A stretch of 64,000 nt of DNA, taken from the NCBI GenBank assembly GCA_043805435.1, contig JAZDHY010000092.1, positions 6,668-70,667 on the forward strand, written 5' to 3'. The notes under the pieces are model-generated. The model searched no databases. It had not been told where the DNA came from and saw nothing but the letters and a program-made list of their open reading frames with translations. The stretch is from a bacterium. Lineage in GTDB: Bacteria; Bacteroidota; Ignavibacteria; Ignavibacteriales; Melioribacteraceae. Every line of letters starts with the position of its first letter. The stretch's first letter is position 1. Below, in pieces: positions 57,218-64,000 of this stretch. Made by a program: the position numbers and the translations under genes.

Positions 57218-58525
57218 TTATGGTGTATTCCTATAAATCATTCTTGGATAAGGTATTGTTTCACGAATATGTTCAAGTCCGCAAATCCATGCAACAGATC
57301 TTTCAACCCCCAGGCCAAAACCTGAATGAGGTACTGCTCCATATCGTCTTAAATCTAAATACCACTCAAAATATTCCTGTGGTAAATCGTGTTCTTTAAT
57401 TCTTGATAGTAATAAATCTAAATTATCTTCTCTTTGACTGCCGCCAATAATTTCACCATAACCTTCCGGTGCCAAAACATCTACGGCCAATGCAACTTTT
57501 TCATTTTCAGGGTCGCGTTTCATATAAAAAGCTTTTATTTCTGAAGGATAACGATGAACCATAACGGGTTTATCGAATTGGTTTGATATAATTGTTTCAT
57601 CGGTAGCACCAAAATCGTTGCCCCATTCAAAATCTACACCGTTTTTCTTTAATATTTCAACAGCTTCATCATACGAAATACGCGGAAAAGGTCTTTTTAT
57701 ATTTTCTAATTTTGTAATATCTCTTTCTAAAGATTTAAGATCTTCTAATCTGTCTTTAAGTACACATTGAACAATATATTCTAAAAACTCTTCAGCTAAA
57801 TCCATATTATCATTTAAATCATTAAAGGCTACTTCCGGTTCAACCATCCAAAATTCGGTTAAATGTCTTCTGGTTTTAGATTTTTCTGCACGAAATGTTG
57901 GACCAAATGTATATACTTTACCAAGAGCCATTGCGCTAGCTTCGGCATATAATTGACCTGATTGAGTTAAATATGCTTTTCCTAAATCAAAATAAGGGGT
58001 TTCAAAAAGAGTAGATGTGCCTTCACAAGCATTTGGAGTTAATATTGGACTATCAACTAATGTAAATCCTTTGTTATCATAAAAATCGCGTATTGCTTTT
58101 ATAATTCTATGACGAATACGCATAATTGAAGCCTGTCTTTTACTACGCAGCCACAAATGGCGGTGATCCATTAAAAATTCAGGACCATGTTCTTTTGGTG
58201 TAATAGGATATTCACTGGATAAAGATATAATTTTTAAGTCTGTTACATCTAATTCATAACCACCAACCGAACGGGGTTCTTCTTTAACCTTTCCCGTAAC
58301 TTCAAACGATGATTCTTGTGTCAACTGATCTGCCGAATTAAATATTTCTTCTGTTACATTGCCTTTAAATACAATGCATTGAGCCATTCCGGTACCATCA
58401 CGCATAATTAAAAACTTAACTTTACCACTTGAACGTTTGTTATATAACCATCCTTTAAGAGTAACTTCTTCCCCTACATGGTTTTTTAACTCATTGATAT
58501 AATTTTTTGAACTCATAATTTCCAC
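57218..58525 (-). CDS. asnS: Asparagine--tRNA ligase
   Basis: This is a class II aaRS. The motif '[24 protein letters not shown]' is an AsnRS hallmark, and the C-terminal '[10 protein letters not shown]' is present. Length is 435 aa. Confidence 0.88.
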   Translation of the reverse strand: MEIMSSKNYINELKNHVGEEVTLKGWLYNKRSSGKVKFLIMRDGTGMAQCIVFKGNVTEEIFNSADQLTQESSFEVTGKVKEEPRSVGGYELDVTDLKIISLSSEYPITPKEHGPEFLMDHRHLWLRSKRQASIMRIRHRIIKAIRDFYDNKGFTLVDSPILTPNACEGTSTLFETPYFDLGKAYLTQSGQLYAEASAMALGKVYTFGPTFRAEKSKTRRHLTEFWMVEPEVAFNDLNDNMDLAEEFLEYIVQCVLKDRLEDLKSLERDITKLENIKRPFPRISYDEAVEILKKNGVDFEWGNDFGATDETIISNQFDKPVMVHRYPSEIKAFYMKRDPENEKVALAVDVLAPEGYGEIIGGSQREDNLDLLLSRIKEHDLPQEYFEWYLDLRRYGAVPHSGFGLGVERSVAWICGLEHIRETIPYPRMIYRNTP

Positions 58526-58583
58526 TGATTTATTTTAAATAACAAATATATAAACAATATATTATAAATAAAAGATTTTTGTA

Positions 58584-58603
58584 GAGTAAAACTATTTTTA
58601 CTC
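58584..58603 (-). terminator. Weak AT-rich hairpin after the protease gene
   Basis: The sequence GAGTAAAA-N4-TTTTACTC is followed on the minus strand by a partially U-rich tract. Confidence 0.3.
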
Positions 58604-58645
58604 ATATTTTAGAGTGATATAAGAACTTTGCTTAAAATATTACGG

Positions 58646-60637
58646 TTAGTGTAAAAGTACTATTTTTTTAGATTCAATTTTATTTCCATTTTTTAACACT
58701 AATATGTATATACCACTTGAACACATTTTATTATGGTTGTTTTTCCCATACCATATAATACTATTTTTACCTTTTTTACCATCTCCATTAAATAAATCTA
58801 TAATTTTTTGGCCAAGTATATTAAATATCGAAATATTGACGTTCAAATTATCTGCTAAATAAAAATCAATATTTGTAAAATCAGTAAATGGATTCGGGTA
58901 ATTTTGAGAAATCAAATTATTCTCTACATTATCCAAATCGTCATTTAATACTAAATTCTCTGCTACATTTAGAAAACCATATTTGAACTTAAAAGTTCCA
59001 ATTTGAGGCTCCCTAAATTGATTTCCTGATAAATTGGAATATGAAAAACTAAAATTTATAAGTTTACCATTTTCCAATTCCGGAAATTCAAAATTATACA
59101 CAGATAAATTATCATAGGTCATCAATACCGGAGAAATTACATCGTTTTCATAACCATAGTTTATTGTAACAGAACTTGGATCAATTGAACTTTTATTGAA
59201 TATTTTGTTAATTATATATTTATTTCCGTCATATCTAATATTTGGAAAACAGAGTGTTTTAATTGCAGATATCAATCCATACCCAATTTGGTTATTGGGA
59301 GTTTTAACATTTTCCCCCGACTCAATTAAAATTGTCCGTACTTGTTCATTATTTAGATATGGGAACTTTGAAAGCAACAAACCTGCAACACCCGCTGCAA
59401 TTGGTGCGGCAGATGAAGTACCCGAAGCATAACGATAGGCACCGTTTGAAGCATCTGCACCAACAACACTAACACCCATTGCGGTTAACTCCGGCTTAAT
59501 CCTTCCGTCCGATGTTGGGCCTCTGGAACTAAAAGCTGCAATACTGTTATCGCTTGAAACTGCTCCAACAGAAATAACTTTATATCCGTCAGCGGGTGCT
59601 GTTATATAAAACCAGCTGTTATCACCTTCGTTTCCGGCAGATGATATAGTAACAACCCCTTTTTTAAATGCTAATTCAATTGCTTTTGTAATTACTGCTG
59701 TATTACCATTCATATCACTATAAGAATACGAATGATTTCCTGAATCAAATTCGTTATAACCTAATGATGATGTTGTAATATCAACACCTTGGTTTTCCAT
59801 CCATTGCAAAGCAGCGGCGTAATTATCTTCTTCAATAGTTGTTTCTGTTCTTATATCCTCTGTTTTTGCTAAAAGGAATTTACTGCCAAAAGATGTACCA
59901 ATCATATAACCATCTAAATAACCACCCAATATTGATAAAACATACGTGCCGTGATTATGTTGGCTTGGTGAATCTTCATCTTCATTTGCAGTATTATTAT
60001 CATTAAATACAAAATCGCGTTCGGAAACTATATGCATGTTTTTTAACGCATCATGATTTCGCCAATCAAAACCTGAATCCAAAACACCTATTAATATGTC
60101 CTTTCCTGTAATTCCCATATCATGAATAAATGGAATTTTTGAAAGTTCGTTTTGTGTTAATGAAGCACCATAATTATATGTATAATTTGCGTTTGATATA
60201 AAAGCCGGCTTTTCATATTCCGAGTTTTCAACATCATTTTTTGAATATGAAATTTTTTGTACTTTTTCTATCTTTTTAATAAATGTATATTTTAACAAAT
60301 TTGTTATTTCATCTGAATTTAAATAACATGAAACCGAATTAAACCAATCTAATTTATTTATTACTTTTATGCCCATATCTTCAATAACCGATAGATATTC
60401 ATTACTTACGGGAATATCTTCGTATTGAATTATATCACTATTATCTAACAATTTTTGTCTTCTGTTAATTGCCCTTTCGGATAATATACTTACAGCTGAA
60501 TTATAAAGGGGAGAAGATTTACTAATTTGTGTTGTTTTATCAATTCCTTTATCCTTAAAATAAATAAAATATTTTTCCTGGGCAAAACCCAAAGAACTGA
60601 GTATCAGTATTAAAACAAGTATTTTAATTTTAATCAT
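58646..60637 (-). CDS. Subtilisin-like serine protease (S8) with T9SS C-terminal sorting domain
   Basis: The catalytic motifs are 'GVLDSGFD' (Asp), 'HGTYVLS' (His) and 'GTSSAAPIAAG' (Ser). The C-terminus 'QNYPNPFTDFTNIDF...GIYILVLK' is a T9SS CTD. Confidence 0.9.
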   Translation of the reverse strand: MIKIKILVLILILSSLGFAQEKYFIYFKDKGIDKTTQISKSSPLYNSAVSILSERAINRRQKLLDNSDIIQYEDIPVSNEYLSVIEDMGIKVINKLDWFNSVSCYLNSDEITNLLKYTFIKKIEKVQKISYSKNDVENSEYEKPAFISNANYTYNYGASLTQNELSKIPFIHDMGITGKDILIGVLDSGFDWRNHDALKNMHIVSERDFVFNDNNTANEDEDSPSQHNHGTYVLSILGGYLDGYMIGTSFGSKFLLAKTEDIRTETTIEEDNYAAALQWMENQGVDITTSSLGYNEFDSGNHSYSYSDMNGNTAVITKAIELAFKKGVVTISSAGNEGDNSWFYITAPADGYKVISVGAVSSDNSIAAFSSRGPTSDGRIKPELTAMGVSVVGADASNGAYRYASGTSSAAPIAAGVAGLLLSKFPYLNNEQVRTILIESGENVKTPNNQIGYGLISAIKTLCFPNIRYDGNKYIINKIFNKSSIDPSSVTINYGYENDVISPVLMTYDNLSVYNFEFPELENGKLINFSFSYSNLSGNQFREPQIGTFKFKYGFLNVAENLVLNDDLDNVENNLISQNYPNPFTDFTNIDFYLADNLNVNISIFNILGQKIIDLFNGDGKKGKNSIIWYGKNNHNKMCSSGIYILVLKNGNKIESKKIVLLH

Positions 60638-60658
60638 TAAACAAACTCCAAATAGGAA

Positions 60659-61579
60659 TTAATGTACAATTTTTGCTAAACGGTTAACACGTATAGAAGC
60701 CAATAATTCAAATAAATCAGAAAATGGAATATCTGAGTTCCACGACCAATAGATCATCCATGCTTGGCCTATTATATTATTGCGGGGTACAAAACCCCAA
60801 AATCGGCTGTCTGCACTATTATCTCTATTATCACCCATCATAAAATAAAAATTCTGTTTAAATTTATACTGCGTAGCAATTTTTCCGTTTATTTTAATAT
60901 CAAAACCATAAATAGATACAACTTTTTTCCCATATTCTCTATCAATAATATCTTTGTAAATTTCTATATTATTTCTATTCAGATTGACTATTTCCCCTTC
61001 TTTTGGAATAACCAAAGGGCCGTAGTTATCCTCATTCCAATTGTAGCCAAGCGGAAATATCTCAGGATTTGCTATGCCGGCCGGTATTGCAGGTCTATTA
61101 TTATATTGAACAAAAGTAGGACGTTTTATTTCTTTATTATTAATAAAAACAATTTTATCAATTATTTTAATAGTATCTCCCGGTAAACCAATACATCTTT
61201 TTACGTAATTATCTATAACTGCCGGTTTTATATCTTCTTTATTGCCCGGATATTCAAATACAACAATATCATATCTTTTGGGTTCACCAAAAGACGGTAA
61301 TTGAAAATATGGAAGCCTTACATTTGTGAAAGGGATATTACGAGGTGAGGAAGAACCATAAATAAATTTATTAACAAATAAAAAATCACCAACCATAATT
61401 GTACTATCCATGGAAGGAGTTGGCACATGTGATGTTTCGATAAAAAACGATTTAATTAATATTGCGGCAACGGCTGCAAACACAAGATTTTTGAAAAATT
61501 CAATTATTTTTTCTTTTTGTGTTTTTGGTTTATTATTTTTTTTGCTTGTATCTAAAGACTTTTTTTTGAATAAGGACAT
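60659..61579 (-). CDS. lepB: Signal peptidase I (paralog 2)
   Basis: It has 'TPSMDSTI' (catalytic Ser), 'YVKRCIGLPGD' (catalytic Lys box) and 'GDNRDNSADSRFWGFVP'. Confidence 0.9.
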   Translation of the reverse strand: MSLFKKKSLDTSKKNNKPKTQKEKIIEFFKNLVFAAVAAILIKSFFIETSHVPTPSMDSTIMVGDFLFVNKFIYGSSSPRNIPFTNVRLPYFQLPSFGEPKRYDIVVFEYPGNKEDIKPAVIDNYVKRCIGLPGDTIKIIDKIVFINNKEIKRPTFVQYNNRPAIPAGIANPEIFPLGYNWNEDNYGPLVIPKEGEIVNLNRNNIEIYKDIIDREYGKKVVSIYGFDIKINGKIATQYKFKQNFYFMMGDNRDNSADSRFWGFVPRNNIIGQAWMIYWSWNSDIPFSDLFELLASIRVNRLAKIVH

Positions 61580-61699
61580 AGTTTTTATCTCAAAACAAAT
61601 TAAAAATTTATTCCACTTATTTTTACTTAGTCTAAAACAAAAGATTAATAAAAACTAATAATTACTTAAATAGATAAAACAAAACCTTACTTGTAATTA

Positions 61700-62620
61700 T
61701 TAATGAACAATTTTTGCAAGTCGATTAACTCGTAATGATGCAAATAATTCAAAAAAATCAGTAAATGGAATTGCCGGATCCCAAGACCAATAAATCATCC
61801 ATGCTTCACCAATAATTTTTTCGCGGGGTACAAAACCCCAAAATCTGCTGTCGGCACTATTATCTCTGTTGTCACCCATCATAAAATAATAATTCTGTTT
61901 AAATTGATATGTTACAGCAATTTTGCCATCTATTTTAATGTCATCACCTTCAACCGTTACAACTCTTCTGCCGTAGGCTCTGTCAATTAAAGTTCTATAT
62001 ATTTCAATATTATTTCTGTTTATATTTACGGTTTTACCCTCTTTTGGAATTTCTAAAGGACCATAATTATCTTCATTCCAGCCAAAGTCCCTTGGAAATA
62101 TTACCGGATTTGCTATTCCTTTTGGTATTGGATATTGATTGTTGTATTGTATATGAGTTGGGCGTTTTATTTCATTCCCATTAATAAAAACAACTTTATC
62201 AACAATAGAAATTACATCACCGGGTAAGCCGATACATCTTTTTACATAATTATTAATAACAGTAGGTTTTAATTCGTCCCTATCACCCGGGTATTCAAAA
62301 ACCACTATATCATATCTGTTAGGTTCACCAAGGGCAGGTAATTGAAAATAAGGAAGCTCAACATTTGTAAAAGGGATATTTCGCGGCGAAGAAGAACCAT
62401 ATATAAATTTATTGACAAACAAAAAATCACCAACCATAATTGTGCTTTCCATCGAACCGGTTGGCACACGCGAAGTTTCTATAAAAAACGATTTTATTAA
62501 TAATGCGGCAATTGCTGCAAAAAAAAGATTTTTAAAAAATTCAATAAGCTTTTCTTTTTGTGTTTTCGATTTTTTGGATTTATTCTTTTCATCAGAAGAA
62601 TTATTTTTAAATAAAGACAT
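61700..62620 (-). CDS. lepB: Signal peptidase I (paralog 1)
   Basis: It has 'TGSMESTI', 'YVKRCIGLPGD' and 'GDNRDNSADSRFWGFVP'. By eye it is about 75-80% identical to the downstream copy. Confidence 0.9.
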   Translation of the reverse strand: MSLFKNNSSDEKNKSKKSKTQKEKLIEFFKNLFFAAIAALLIKSFFIETSRVPTGSMESTIMVGDFLFVNKFIYGSSSPRNIPFTNVELPYFQLPALGEPNRYDIVVFEYPGDRDELKPTVINNYVKRCIGLPGDVISIVDKVVFINGNEIKRPTHIQYNNQYPIPKGIANPVIFPRDFGWNEDNYGPLEIPKEGKTVNINRNNIEIYRTLIDRAYGRRVVTVEGDDIKIDGKIAVTYQFKQNYYFMMGDNRDNSADSRFWGFVPREKIIGEAWMIYWSWDPAIPFTDFFELFASLRVNRLAKIVH

Positions 62621-62679
62621 AGGTTCCCTTTTAATATAAAATATATATGTTAAAACATAAAATAAATCATTTGTTCCAC

Positions 62680-64000
62680 TTAATCATCAATTTGAAGCAC
62701 AGCTAAAAATGCTTCCTGAGGAATTTCCACATTACCAACTTGTTTCATTCTTTTTTTACCCTCTTTCTGTTTTTCCAAAAGTTTTCTTTTTCTGGAAATA
62801 TCACCGCCATAACACTTTGCAAGTACATTTTTACGCATAGCTTTAATATTTGTACGCGAAATAACTTTACTGCCAATTGAAGCCTGTACAGCAATTTCAA
62901 ACATCTGACGAGGTATTAAATCTTTTAATTTGGTTGTAACTTTTTGGCCCCATTCAAATGCTTTTTTTGTATGAACAATTATTGAAAGTGCATCAACCTT
63001 TTCGCCATTTAATAATATATCCAATTTAACCAAATCGGATGCTTTATAACCCATAAATTCATAATCTAAAGAAGCATATCCACGTGAAATTGATTTTAAC
63101 TTATCAAAAAAGTCAAAAATAATTTCACTCAGCGGAAATTCAAATTCAACATCGGCTCTTGTAGGATCAATATAATTTGTATTTTTATAAACACCTCTTT
63201 TCTCCATCGAAAGTTTCATAATAGCACCAACATATTCGCTTGGAGTTACTATTTGGGCCTTTACAAATGGTTCTTCAATACGTTCAATATCTCCGGCAAC
63301 AGGCATTTCCGCAGGATTATCGACTACCAATAAGTCACCAACTTTAGTATATACATTATACTCAACGTTTGGTAAAGTTGTTACTATTGATTGATCATAT
63401 TCTCTTTCTAATCTTTCCTGCACAATTTCCATATGCAGCATTCCTAAAAATCCGCATCTAAATCCAAATCCCAAAGCAACGCTTGTTTCAGGAGTGTACA
63501 TTAATGCCGAATCGTTCATCTTAAATTTATCTAAGGCATCTCTTAAATCTTCATAATCATCACTATTGGTTGGATATAAACCGCTATAAACCATTGGTTT
63601 TATATCTTTATATCCGGGTAAAGGTTTAGGAGCACCATTTTTAACATGAGTTACCGTATCCCCTACTTTAGTATCATGAACATCTTTAATGCCCGATATT
63701 AAATATCCAACATCACCGGCTGAAAGTTCTTTGGTTTTAATTCTTGCAAGCCCCAATATTCCAACTTCTTCAGCCAAATAACTTTTAGTATTATTAAAAA
63801 AGGTTATTAAATCCTTTTCACGTATTGTTCCGTTAAATACACGTATAAATGCAATAGCTCCACGATAAGCATCAAAAACAGAATCAAAAATTAAAGCCTG
63901 TAAAGGAGCATCACTATCACCTTTGGGTGCCGGTATTTTTTTACAATTGCTTCAAGAATTTCATCAAACCCAATATTTGCTTTTGCGCTTGATAAATAAA
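62680..64000 (-). CDS. lepA: Elongation factor 4 (LepA), 5'-truncated by the window edge, with an apparent 1-nt frameshift in an A7 run
   Basis: The C-terminal LepA pattern includes '[21 protein letters not shown]' and '[21 protein letters not shown]'. Upstream of the track ORF the reading '...[14 protein letters not shown]' is in another frame than '[19 protein letters not shown]...'. The junction is the run at 63936-63942. Confidence 0.9.
63936..63942 (-). other. A7 (T7 on the plus strand) homopolymer where lepA changes frame
   Basis: 'GTA AAA AAA (A)TA CCG GCA CCC' needs 8 A to read the conserved 'VKKIPAP', and only 7 are present. The uncorrected frame hits TGA at 63952-63954. Confidence 0.85.

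Noticed and set aside
47299-61658. Assorted antisense or off-frame ORFs appear in the track (47299-47667, 49075-49266, 52939-53121, 53567-53803, 54268-54450, 56270-56542, 59196-59432, 60764-61186, 61410-61658, 62412-62639).
   Set aside because: Each lies within or against a gene with clear family motifs (nnr, nuoN/M/L/K, the S8 protease, lepB). None has motifs of its own.
1-64000. I searched the non-coding stretches by eye for tRNA, rRNA, tmRNA or riboswitch signatures.
   Set aside because: No cloverleaf-like GC-rich 70-90-nt segments or recognisable conserved riboswitch cores were seen. This is a negative by inspection only, and tRNAscan-SE or Infernal would be decisive.

Overview
About 64 kb of AT-rich bacterial chromosome. 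The lineage looks like the FCB group, possibly Ignavibacteria-like. This is inferred from two proteins with 'NYPNPF...' T9SS C-terminal sorting domains and a Rhodothermus-like nuoJKLM-nhaD-nuoN arrangement. Most of the window is housekeeping: L25/ctc (partial), prs, a lexA operon, an ABC-2 exporter, a MarR-controlled lipid/acyl cluster, an FAD/Fe-S oxidase, pepP, nusB, Leu dehydrogenase, TetR, TonB, nnr, asnS-nuoJKLM-(2x NhaD-like)-nuoN, an S8 protease, 2x lepB and lepA (partial). Four things stand out. (1) An island of about 10 kb (23.84-33.95 kb) has no integrase. It starts with 1.2 kb that contains no ORF but has tandem repeats and strong hairpins. It then encodes a PLD-nuclease/SNF2-helicase fusion, a PglX/Eco57I-like N6-adenine methyltransferase with its own TaqI_C-like specificity domain that is split by a frameshift in an A9 run, and an ABC/SMC-like ATPase with an unassigned C-terminal domain. 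This is my best candidate for an undescribed ATP-dependent restriction/defence module. (2) A 1014-aa membrane-anchored P-loop NTPase (STAND-like) carries eight near-identical 34-aa tandem repeats and lies convergent to a lexA / WYL-like / 129-aa operon. (3) A 109-bp x 4.6 tandem array is interrupted by a 212-bp MITE whose TIRs and TSD can be seen directly. (4) A degenerate transposase and several duplicated intergenic elements are present. Two independent frameshifts sit in poly-A runs (lepA and the methyltransferase), so homopolymer sequencing error must be excluded before any biological reading. All domain calls come from motif recognition by eye and no searches were run. No tRNA, rRNA or CRISPR array was recognised.
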